Shown here piece by piece: positions 47,860 to 56,339 of a DNA stretch of 64,000 nucleotides. This stretch comes from Akkermansiaceae bacterium UBA1518 (GTDB lineage Bacteria > Verrucomicrobiota > Verrucomicrobiia > Verrucomicrobiales > Akkermansiaceae). A program made the translations under genes and the position numbers. Position 1 is the first letter of the stretch. The number at the start of each line of letters is the position of its first letter. The stretch covers positions 5,058 through 69,057 of the forward strand of contig DCQM01000148.1 in the NCBI GenBank assembly GCA_002323895.1, given 5' to 3'. The notes below the pieces were generated by a model. It had not been told where the DNA came from and ran no database searches. It saw only the letters and a program-made list of their open reading frames with translations.

Positions 47860-50403
47860 GTGTCAAAAACTCTCATCATTGCAGAGAAACCCTCTGTGGC
47901 CACAGATCTCTCCAAAGCCCTCGCCAAAACTCTTGGCAAGTTTACCAAGAAGGGAAAGTCCCGAGATGCCCAGTATTTCGAGAATGACAACGCTATGATC
48001 ACCTCGGCGGTTGGTCACCTCATCGAGCTAAAAATGCCGACCGGCCCAAATGGTAAAAACCTTCCCTGGAAGTTTGATGTCCTCCCCGCCATCCCCTCTG
48101 ACTTTGCGCTCCAACCCATTGAACAATCCGAAGGTCGTCTCAAACACGTACTCTCATTAGCCCGTAAAAAAGACGTCACCGAAATCGTAAATGCTTGTGA
48201 TGCCGGACGCGAAGGTGAGCTCATCTTCCAATACATCATGGACTACGGGAAAATTAGCAAGCCCGTGAAACGACTCTGGATGCAGTCCATGACAACCGGA
48301 GCCATCCAAGAAGCGTGGTCAAGCCTTCGTAAGGGCGAAGAAATGTCGAATCTTTCAGATGCCGCCAAGTGCCGATCGGAATCGGACTGGCTCGTCGGCC
48401 TAAATTCCACTCGCGCTCTCACCTGCTTTCGCTCCCGCCATGGTGGCTTTAATATTACTGCTGCCGGACGAGTTCAAACCCCAACCCTCGCTATCCTCGC
48501 AAAACGTGAGAAGGAAATCCAAGTCTTTGAATCCACCCCTTACGCTGAAGTCCACGGTAGCTTCGGTGTCGCCGCCGGTGATTACGAAGGAAAATGGGTT
48601 GACCTAAACTTCAAAAAAGACGCAGCTCTTACTCACGGTCGTGCCGAACGGATCTGGGACAGGGAAAAAGCAATGCTCATCAAAGACCGCTGCAAGGACA
48701 AAACTGGCACCGTCACCGAAGAAAAAAAGCCGACCAAACAAATCGCCCCTCAACTCTACGATCTCACTACCCTACAGCGTGAAGCTCCCTTCACCGCGAA
48801 GAACACCCTCGGTCTTGCTCAGACGCTTTATGAGCGTCACAAGATGATAACCTACCCCCGAACCGATTCGCGTTACCTCCCCGAGGACTATATGGCGAAC
48901 GTAAAACAGATCGTTACTGAACTCTCCGAGTCGTCGTCAGATCTAGCCGGTTGGGCTAAGGATGCCCTCAAGAACGATCGTCTTAAATTTCAAAAGCGTA
49001 TCTTTAACAACGCAAAGGTCTCCGACCACTTTGCGATCATCCCGACCGGTCGCGTTGTCAAAATCGACGAACCAGCTGCCAAACTTTACGATATGATCGT
49101 GAAGCGCTTCCTCGCAGTCTTCTTCCCACACGCAGAATTCGAAGTGACCAAGCGCCTCACCACAATCGACCACGGATCTGAAAAAGACACCTTCCGCACC
49201 GATGGAAAAATCCTCGTTACTCCTGGATGGCTCTCCGTTTACGGTCGCAAGCCTGGCGTCGGAGCAGGAAAAGATGAACTCTGTGTCGTGCAGGATGGCG
49301 AAGACGCCCAGGCTGTCGCAATCGAAATGCTCGAAAAGGAGACTAACCCGCCTGCCCGCTACACTGAATCCACCCTCCTCTCTGCCATGGAAGGCGCCGG
49401 AAAACTTGTCGATGACGACGCCCTCCGCGAAGCAATGTCCGAGCGTGGCCTTGGAACTCCTGCCACCCGCGCCGCTACTATTGAAGGTCTCATCCGTCAA
49501 AAATATATTACTCGTGACGGCCGCGAACTCATTGCAACTGGCAAAGGTGTTCGCCTCATCGACCTCCTGCAGGAAATGGACGTCAAGCCACTCACGAGTC
49601 CTGAAATGACTGGCGACTGGGAGGCAAAACTCCATCAAATGGAAAAAGGAGAACTCGCTCGTGACGCCTTCATGAACGAGATCAAAAAATTCACCGAGAG
49701 TGTTGTCCAGAAAGCGCGTGGCCACTACGAGGAAATCATTTCCCGTCCTTTCGACGACCTCAAGTGCCCCTGCCCAAACTGTAATGCTCCCGAGCTCAAG
49801 CAAACCGACGCCACCTACGAGTGCCGCGAACCGGATTGTGGATTCCGAATTTCAAAATACATCGCCGGACGCCTCCTTACCGAAGAAGAAGCTACCACTC
49901 TTTTTACTACGAAATTCCTCGAACAACGCGAGGGTTTCGTTTCCCGTTTCAACCGTCCGTTTGAAGCTGCTCTCGAACTCACTCAAGCAGTCTCCAAAAC
50001 CGGCAAGAAAGGAAAATGGAAAACCGGCTTTGTTTTCGACTCCGACTTGGAATCTGTTGATGACCTCACAGAGGATCAAATGATCAAAGAGGTCATTTTG
50101 ACCAACGGGAAACAGGCCAAACTGTATGAAACCGATAAGGCATTTATGGTCCCCGCCATGGTAACAAAAGAAAATCCAGATGGCTTCCGTCTTGGCAAGA
50201 CCATCTTACAGAAAGAGCTCACTGCCACTGATGTTGAAAAAATGCTCGTCAGCGGTAAGACTGATCTCCTACCTGGATTCATCTCGAAAAAAACTAAGCG
50301 CGCTTTCGCAGCACACCTGACTCTTGATCCCGACACCGCAAAAATCGGCTTCGAGTTCGCCCCTCGCAAAACGGCCAAGAAGGCTGCTAAGAAAAAGGAA
50401 TAG
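47860..50403 (+). CDS. topB: DNA topoisomerase III with zinc ribbon and two C-terminal repeats
   Basis: 847 aa, GTG start. Toprim [10 protein letters not shown]...AVGHLIEL, active-site Tyr in [12 protein letters not shown]-terminal [11 protein letters not shown]...[10 protein letters not shown] zinc ribbon, two Toprim_Crpt-like repeats ([18 protein letters not shown]; [19 protein letters not shown]) and a Lys-rich tail. Confidence 0.9.
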   Translation: MSKTLIIAEKPSVATDLSKALAKTLGKFTKKGKSRDAQYFENDNAMITSAVGHLIELKMPTGPNGKNLPWKFDVLPAIPSDFALQPIEQSEGRLKHVLSLARKKDVTEIVNACDAGREGELIFQYIMDYGKISKPVKRLWMQSMTTGAIQEAWSSLRKGEEMSNLSDAAKCRSESDWLVGLNSTRALTCFRSRHGGFNITAAGRVQTPTLAILAKREKEIQVFESTPYAEVHGSFGVAAGDYEGKWVDLNFKKDAALTHGRAERIWDREKAMLIKDRCKDKTGTVTEEKKPTKQIAPQLYDLTTLQREAPFTAKNTLGLAQTLYERHKMITYPRTDSRYLPEDYMANVKQIVTELSESSSDLAGWAKDALKNDRLKFQKRIFNNAKVSDHFAIIPTGRVVKIDEPAAKLYDMIVKRFLAVFFPHAEFEVTKRLTTIDHGSEKDTFRTDGKILVTPGWLSVYGRKPGVGAGKDELCVVQDGEDAQAVAIEMLEKETNPPARYTESTLLSAMEGAGKLVDDDALREAMSERGLGTPATRAATIEGLIRQKYITRDGRELIATGKGVRLIDLLQEMDVKPLTSPEMTGDWEAKLHQMEKGELARDAFMNEIKKFTESVVQKARGHYEEIISRPFDDLKCPCPNCNAPELKQTDATYECREPDCGFRISKYIAGRLLTEEEATTLFTTKFLEQREGFVSRFNRPFEAALELTQAVSKTGKKGKWKTGFVFDSDLESVDDLTEDQMIKEVILTNGKQAKLYETDKAFMVPAMVTKENPDGFRLGKTILQKELTATDVEKMLVSGKTDLLPGFISKKTKRAFAAHLTLDPDTAKIGFEFAPRKTAKKAAKKKE

Positions 50404-50424
50404 CGGAGTTTTTCTTTGGATTGC

Positions 50425-50444
50425 AAAAGCTTGCTCCGGCAAGC
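50425..50444 (-). terminator. intrinsic terminator of the symporter operon
   Basis: On the minus strand GCUUGC-CGGA-GCAAGC is followed by UUUU (plus-strand 50429-50444 stem-loop, AAAA 50425-28), 13 nt after the stop at 50457. Confidence 0.6.
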
Positions 50445-50456
50445 CAAAGACTCCGC

Positions 50457-52166
50457 CTAGTGATCCTGTGCAGCGGTCTCCTTGCCTCCGGGAAAGCGAA
50501 CATTATCGACCAACTCACTAACCTCCTGCGGTGGAGCAGGAGTGAATCGCGCGACAGTGAAGGCAACCGCGAAGTTGATGAGCATCCCAAGAAATCCAAT
50601 TCCTTCCGGTGAAATTTGAAAGAGATACTGGTCCTTCGTCCCTCCCATGAATTGGAAATAAATGATGTAGGCCAGAGTAAATCCAATTCCTGCGACCATC
50701 CCGGCTATAGCGCCTTCCTTATTCATCCGGCGAGAGAAGATCCCCATCAACAAGGTCGGAAAGAACGAAGAAGCAGCCAGCCCGAAGGCAAAGGCCACTG
50801 TTTTCGCAATGAAAGTTGCAGGTGGATTTATCCCGAAGTAGATCGCCACCAACAGGGCTCCCAGGGAGGCCAAACGCGCGTATCTTATTTCCTCTTTATC
50901 ACTCAAATCAGGCTTCACGACCTTCTTCATAAGATCATGCGAAATTGCGGTTGATAGCACTAGGAGCAACCCAGCGGCCGTCGAGAGTGCCGCGGCAATA
51001 CATCCGGCCATGAGAAGCGCGATAACCCACTTTGGCAAACCTCCCATGTAAGGATTCGCCATCACCATGATATCAGGCTTAAAAGTAAGCTCATTTAAAT
51101 CGCCACGCTTCTCACGTTCTGGTCCAAAATGCTGAATTTTTCCGTCTCCATTTTTATCCTGCCAGCTCATGTAACCCGTTTTTTCAAAATGCCCAAACCA
51201 CTCAGGAGCTTCTTCACGAGGAGTATCCTGGAGCTTTTCGATCAAATTGACTCTGGAGAAACCTCCAATTGTTGGGGCTGTAAGATAAATCACCGCGATG
51301 AATACCAATGTCCAGCAAGCAGAAGTGCGAACAGCCTTCACATTTTTCACCGTGAAGAAGCGAACGATCACGTGTGGCAGCCCTGCTGTTCCACACATCA
51401 ATGCAGCTGTGATGCAAAACATGTCGATTCGGGGTAATGAACCGCTCGTATATTTCGCGAAACCTAATTGGGTATTAATATTATCTAACTTATCTAGAAA
51501 TGGCAACGACTCGCCATTCGCCGAATAATCTCCAATAAAACCAAACTGAGGGATGACATTCCCAGTAAGAGTCATCGCAATAAAAATTGCCGGAATAGTG
51601 TAAGCAAATGCCATCACACAATACTGAGCAACTTGCGTGTAAGTAATACCCTTCATCCCACCAAGTCCGGCGTAAAAGAAAACAATCGCTCCTCCAACCC
51701 AGACTCCAGTGGAAATTTCAATTTCAAAAAGAGTGGAAAAGACAACACCCACTCCTCTCATCTGCCCCATAATGTAGGTCAGACAGATGAAAATCGCGCA
51801 AACGACTGCCACCAAACGGGCCGTCTTGGAATAGTAGCGGTCACCGATAAAATCGGGCACCGTCGCCTTTCCAAATTTCCGCAAAAAAGGCACCATTAGG
51901 ACTGTTAGGAGAACAAATCCGCCGGTCCATCCCATGAGAAGACGAGAGCCATCGTATCCACTCGTTGCCAGTAAACCCGCCATCGAAATAAACGTCGCTG
52001 CACTCATCCAGTCGGCTGCTGTTGCCATTCCGTTGGCAAATGGAGAAACACCACCACCAGCCGTATAATATTCCTTTGTTGATCCCGCCCGCTGGCGAAC
52101 CGCAATACCGATGTAAAGAGCAAAGGACAGCCCGATAAAAATGAAATTCCAAGTATCTTGAGTCAT
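50457..52166 (-). CDS. sodium:solute symporter family protein (VC_2705/ActP-like large subunit)
   Basis: 569 aa, ~13 [36 protein letters not shown] is typical of acetate/cation symporter-like SSS proteins. ATGA overlap with the small-subunit gene. Confidence 0.85.
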   Translation of the reverse strand: MTQDTWNFIFIGLSFALYIGIAVRQRAGSTKEYYTAGGGVSPFANGMATAADWMSAATFISMAGLLATSGYDGSRLLMGWTGGFVLLTVLMVPFLRKFGKATVPDFIGDRYYSKTARLVAVVCAIFICLTYIMGQMRGVGVVFSTLFEIEISTGVWVGGAIVFFYAGLGGMKGITYTQVAQYCVMAFAYTIPAIFIAMTLTGNVIPQFGFIGDYSANGESLPFLDKLDNINTQLGFAKYTSGSLPRIDMFCITAALMCGTAGLPHVIVRFFTVKNVKAVRTSACWTLVFIAVIYLTAPTIGGFSRVNLIEKLQDTPREEAPEWFGHFEKTGYMSWQDKNGDGKIQHFGPEREKRGDLNELTFKPDIMVMANPYMGGLPKWVIALLMAGCIAAALSTAAGLLLVLSTAISHDLMKKVVKPDLSDKEEIRYARLASLGALLVAIYFGINPPATFIAKTVAFAFGLAASSFFPTLLMGIFSRRMNKEGAIAGMVAGIGFTLAYIIYFQFMGGTKDQYLFQISPEGIGFLGMLINFAVAFTVARFTPAPPQEVSELVDNVRFPGGKETAAQDH

Positions 52167-52441
52167 TTCGTTTCCTCCTTATTCTGTTCAAGCTTCGACT
52201 CAATCTGCTCCATCCAAAATTTATAGCCCAATAAAATGAGCACAAAAGAAATGATCGACCCCTGCTGCGCCATCCAAAAACCAAACGGAGCCGATCCCAC
52301 ACTCGGAAAATTTCCATCAAGCCAATCACGCAGGAGAATTCCGCAACCAAATGAGGTCAGAAACCAAATCAAAAGGAGTGTCCCCACACATCGTAAGTGT
52401 GCCCTCCAATAACGCCCTTTCGCGGTCTTCGTTTTTTCCAT
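52163..52441 (-). CDS. DUF4212 protein (putative solute:sodium symporter small subunit)
   Basis: 92 aa, two [29 protein letters not shown]...[22 protein letters not shown] matches the DUF4212/TIGR03647 pattern. It lies in the usual position immediately upstream of the large subunit. Confidence 0.8.
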   Translation of the reverse strand: MEKTKTAKGRYWRAHLRCVGTLLLIWFLTSFGCGILLRDWLDGNFPSVGSAPFGFWMAQQGSIISFVLILLGYKFWMEQIESKLEQNKEETK

Positions 52442-52579
52442 ATCAATTGTGTTTCGGAAGGCTTAACAACTCGACAGGGCTGCTGAAAGCCTGAAAGCGA
52501 GGCTTGGGCATTTTTCGTTTTGACCCAGAGTAATTCATGCTTTCCTCCTCCGGCGGCTACATCCGCACCAGATTCTCTC

Positions 52580-54730
52580 ATGAGCACCCCCATCGAGGTC
52601 CGTTCTCTGGACCGTCTCCCAAGAGACGGATGCCTCATCGTGCCCGGTCGACTCAATGCAAATCAAGCGAATGAACTTGCTTCTAGCCTAGCTGGCCGAA
52701 ACATCACTTGGTTGGTGGAAGAAACTGTGACTCTCACCGAGGAACTCCAGTCTTACCTCCAGCACAGTGGTCATCGTGGAGCGGCATTTTCTAAAACGGA
52801 TGAATCTCTACCGGATGTCGGTAGAAATCTTGGGCCTAAAATTGAAGCTGATGGCGTTCTCATCTTCGTTCCTGGCGTCACCAACGTTCGTTCTGGATCC
52901 TCCTGCCATATTCCTTCCGATATCCTTCAAGCCCTCTGCCAACTTGAGGTCCCTATTATACCTCTTGATGTTTCGGTCCCCGCGGAAATGAAACTTGGGA
53001 TCGAAAATTCGGCCAAGTTTCCAGCCGCCATTCTTAATTTTAGCAAAGCTATTCCTCGTGGTCAGGCCACCATTGCCCGCTACCGTGAAGCACTGCTAAT
53101 GGCCTCCGAAGAAAGTTTTTCCAGCCGTGGTTTCCTTAAAGAATCTCTCGCGATAGCAATCCTTCAGGGGCTCAAAAAACACTCTAAAAAGAACAGTCTT
53201 TACGACGGCACCGACGATTCCGAACTCTCCTTCGACAAAATTCTCGGGGCGTCCCTCGCTCTTTCAAAAGAAATAAAACTAGCAACCAAAAAAAAGCGTG
53301 TCGGTGTAATACTTCCTCCTGGCCGTGGTGGAACGATTGCCAACATCGCCGTCCTTTTCGCCAATAAGATTCCGGTGAATCTCAACTTCACCGCTTCACA
53401 TGAAGCCATCGGCTCCGCAATTCGCCAAGCGGACCTAGATCGTTTCATCACCGCCGACCCGTTTGTTCGAAAGGTCGCTGATTTTCCATGGCCACCCAAC
53501 CGGGATCTCCTCTTTATCGAGAGAATTCTTCCGAGGATTAAGAAAAAAATCGTTAAGTGGGTCTTATTTGGAAAAATCTTCCCAGCACAAGTCATCGCCA
53601 AGCTTCACGGCATAGGCAAATCAAAAGGCGACGAAGAAGCACTCCTCCTTTTCACCTCTGGTTCATCGGGAGAACCCAAGGGAGTTCCACTCACCCACCG
53701 AAACTTGCTAGCCAATGTTTGTCAGTTCGGGCGTCAACTTGATCTTCCTAAAGAGACTAAACTCCTAGGGTGCCTTCCTCTTTTCCATTCCTTCGGCACT
53801 ACGGCTACTCTTCTCTTCCCCATCATTGAAGGCCTTGACCTTGTCACTTACCCGTCACCTTTAGAGACGAAACGTCTCGCTGAATTGATCTCGCAACATC
53901 AAGTAAGCCTCCTCCTCACCACTCCCACTTTCCTCCGTGGATACATGCGCCGCGTAAAGCCCGAAATGCTCTCATCTTTGAAGATCGTAGTTACAGGAGC
54001 CGAAAAACTAGCCGAAAACCTTGCCAATTCCTTCGAAGAAAAATTTGGGATCCTCCCCATGGAAGGCTACGGCCTCACTGAGACATCTCCCGCCGCCACA
54101 ATCAACCTGCCAGATCCCGCCGCTGAAAATGGTCTACCCGTTATCCCTTCCCAGCGCTTCACATCTGTCGGCCGCCCCCTACCCGGTCTTGCCATCCGCA
54201 TCACCAACCCGGCCACCGACGAGAAAAACACGATTGATCAATCTGGCATCATCTGGATGAAGGGATCGAATATTTTCAACGGATATCTCGGCCGCCCAGA
54301 AATCACGGAAGAAGTGATTGATGAAAGCGGGTGGTTCAAATCAGGCGATGTCGGTCGCATCGATGATGAGGGTTTCCTCTTCATCGAAGGCAGACTCTCC
54401 CGTTTTTCCAAAATCGCCGGCGAAATGGTTCCACACGAAAACGTCGAAGCTGCTGTCAACCGTGTCTGGAATCTCGACAACGAAATCGAGCCGAAAGTTG
54501 CCATAGTTGGAATACCGGATGAAAAGAAGGGTGAAGCCATCGCACTTCTTTCAACGATTTCCGGCCCTGCGATTGAGCAAGAAAACCTCGATCTCCGTTA
54601 CAAACTTCTCGACGAAGGCCTCCCCTCACTTTGGTGCCCTAAAACAATCATCCCAGTTGAAGAAATCCCTATCCTCGCCTCAGGCAAGCTCGACATCAAG
54701 GGCTGTGAAGAGCTCCTTGCCAACTCCTGA
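52580..54730 (+). CDS. Aas-like protein: degenerate acyltransferase-like N-domain + acyl-ACP/CoA synthetase (AMP-binding) domain
   Basis: AMP-binding motifs are intact: LLLFTSGSSGEPKGV (53654..), GYGLTETSP, SGDVGRIDDEGFLFIEGRLSRFSKIAGEMV, SGKLD. The N-terminal ~140 aa keep a PlsC-like layout, but block I reads VPGRLNANQ (52640-52666) instead of NHxxxxD. The start is taken at ATG 52580; the ORF-track start at 52520 is a TTG. Confidence 0.8.
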   Translation: MSTPIEVRSLDRLPRDGCLIVPGRLNANQANELASSLAGRNITWLVEETVTLTEELQSYLQHSGHRGAAFSKTDESLPDVGRNLGPKIEADGVLIFVPGVTNVRSGSSCHIPSDILQALCQLEVPIIPLDVSVPAEMKLGIENSAKFPAAILNFSKAIPRGQATIARYREALLMASEESFSSRGFLKESLAIAILQGLKKHSKKNSLYDGTDDSELSFDKILGASLALSKEIKLATKKKRVGVILPPGRGGTIANIAVLFANKIPVNLNFTASHEAIGSAIRQADLDRFITADPFVRKVADFPWPPNRDLLFIERILPRIKKKIVKWVLFGKIFPAQVIAKLHGIGKSKGDEEALLLFTSGSSGEPKGVPLTHRNLLANVCQFGRQLDLPKETKLLGCLPLFHSFGTTATLLFPIIEGLDLVTYPSPLETKRLAELISQHQVSLLLTTPTFLRGYMRRVKPEMLSSLKIVVTGAEKLAENLANSFEEKFGILPMEGYGLTETSPAATINLPDPAAENGLPVIPSQRFTSVGRPLPGLAIRITNPATDEKNTIDQSGIIWMKGSNIFNGYLGRPEITEEVIDESGWFKSGDVGRIDDEGFLFIEGRLSRFSKIAGEMVPHENVEAAVNRVWNLDNEIEPKVAIVGIPDEKKGEAIALLSTISGPAIEQENLDLRYKLLDEGLPSLWCPKTIIPVEEIPILASGKLDIKGCEELLANS

Positions 54731-54758
54731 ATCCGGACCCATTCGCTTCGACCATTTC

Positions 54759-55640
54759 ATGGCTGATGCGCTTTACGGGCCTAAGGGATACTATACCAGT
54801 CCGCGCTCGATCATTGGCCCGCGGGGTGATTTTACCACCACCCCAAAGCTTACCAAACTTCTCGCTCGAACAATTGCCGAATGGATTGAATCCGCCTGGA
54901 AACGCCAAGGCCAAAAGCTTCCGGTCATCGAACTCGGCCCTGGCGATGGAACCCTTGCTAGGGATATCCGAAGCTCCCTCGGGTTTTTTTCCCGCCAGAA
55001 ATTAGATTACCATTTCGTGGAAATTTCACCTCACCTCGCCAAGCAACAGCAGGAGAAAAACAAAGGGACCTGGCACACCACTCTCAGTGATACCCTAGTG
55101 GCCACTCGAGGCTCAGCCCTTATCATTTCAAATGAATTCTTTGATGCCTTTCCGGTGCGGATTTTCAATCAAGCACTAGAAGAGCTCTATCTCGGTCCAA
55201 AAAAGGAAGAAATCTGGCAACCGTGCCATGACATCCCCAATTCCTCGTTATTCAAAGAATTACCACTCCGCTTTGAAGTTGCGGATTCCATTGCGCAATG
55301 GTTTCGGAGTGATCTCAGCAAACTTAAAAAAGGTGAGGTCCTAAGCCTCGATTACGGCGGCGATTCGGAAGAAATCTACCATCGTCGTCCACTTGGAACA
55401 CTCCGTGCCTATGCACACCACATGCGCCTCCTTCCTCCAGACGCCTACCAAAACCCTGGCAAGCAAGACCTCACCTTCGACGTTTATTTTCCCGATCTAA
55501 TTGAATGGGGGGAGAAGATTGGATTGGAGACAGAAAGCCTGATCACTCAAGCTGAATTCCTCGGGACGAATGATCTCGAAGGAGCCGGTGGGGCATTCAA
55601 AGTGCTTCATCAAAAAATGATCGCTTCCCAAAATTCTTAG
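54759..55640 (+). CDS. class I SAM-dependent methyltransferase (DUF185 / MidA-NDUFAF7 family)
   Basis: FMADALYGPKGYYTS...RGDFTTTPKLTKLLA...VIELGPGDGTLARDI...YHFVEISPHLAKQQ...ISNEFFDAFPV fits DUF185. Homologues usually include the preceding IRFDHF, so the true start may be GTG 54705 or TTG 54717, overlapping the upstream gene. The ORF-track start at 54507 is inside that gene. Confidence 0.75.
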   Translation: MADALYGPKGYYTSPRSIIGPRGDFTTTPKLTKLLARTIAEWIESAWKRQGQKLPVIELGPGDGTLARDIRSSLGFFSRQKLDYHFVEISPHLAKQQQEKNKGTWHTTLSDTLVATRGSALIISNEFFDAFPVRIFNQALEELYLGPKKEEIWQPCHDIPNSSLFKELPLRFEVADSIAQWFRSDLSKLKKGEVLSLDYGGDSEEIYHRRPLGTLRAYAHHMRLLPPDAYQNPGKQDLTFDVYFPDLIEWGEKIGLETESLITQAEFLGTNDLEGAGGAFKVLHQKMIASQNS

Positions 55641-56236
55641 AGTTCTTTAAGTATGATTTTCCGGTAACTGACTTCGAATGGTGGACCGCTGTGAGCTTGC
55701 AGCGCGATATAGCCATCCAAGGGAATCGACTCATCCTCTTCAGTATAATCGCAAGTGAGGATCCCATTAATCCACATCCGGATTCTCTTGCCTTCACATC
55801 GAATCCTGTAGTTATTCCAGCCCTCCTTTGCCGCCTTGGCAGATCCCTCCGTTGCAAAAGGCGCCAGAAACCTCCTTCGACGTGATTCATCGTAAAGTTT
55901 CCCCCAATATCCTGGCCCCACATCAGCCTGATAACCGATCATTTCATGATGATCCTTAATCCGCTCACTACGGATCTGGATTCCTGCATTGGGCCTCTTT
56001 CCTTCAACCTTAACCTGCAAAGTAAGCTCAAAATTTTTATGGCGCTTCTCCGTTGTAATGAAGGTGTTGTGGGGAACGTTTTTATCGAGCGATCCCCCGA
56101 CAATCGCACCATCCTTGATTGTCCACATCCAAGCTTCTTTTTCCTGAACCATCCACCCTTTTAAGGATTTGCCATCAAAAAGAGATTGCCCTCCAGCAAA
56201 TGAGATGCTCAATATTATCCAAAAAAGTAATTTCAT
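55637..56236 (-). CDS. DUF1080 domain protein (3-keto-disaccharide hydrolase family)
   Basis: 199 aa with a signal peptide. LFDGKSLKGWMVQ...WTIKDGAIVGGS...NAGIQIRSE...GYQADVG...IALQAHSGPPFEVSYRKIILKEL follows the DUF1080 pattern. Confidence 0.8.
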   Translation of the reverse strand: MKLLFWIILSISFAGGQSLFDGKSLKGWMVQEKEAWMWTIKDGAIVGGSLDKNVPHNTFITTEKRHKNFELTLQVKVEGKRPNAGIQIRSERIKDHHEMIGYQADVGPGYWGKLYDESRRRRFLAPFATEGSAKAAKEGWNNYRIRCEGKRIRMWINGILTCDYTEEDESIPLDGYIALQAHSGPPFEVSYRKIILKEL

Positions 56237-56339
56237 AATTAAATATTGATCATTACGGAAGCCGGGTCGATTACCAAAAGCCTTCCTTTTAGATGTTTTT
56301 TTCGTTAGTATTCGGCATTTAAGCGCGTAAATTTACTCC

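Noticed and set aside
48943-49803. 286-aa ORF antisense to topB
   Set aside because: It lies entirely inside a confidently identified gene on the opposite strand. The composition is typical of a shadow frame (rich in F, E, G, V, with no motif). No start context or neighbouring partner.
54507-54704. N-terminal extension of the 377-aa ORF 54507..55640
   Set aside because: It lies inside the C-terminal AMP-binding region of the upstream gene. The DUF185 homology starts only around 54740.
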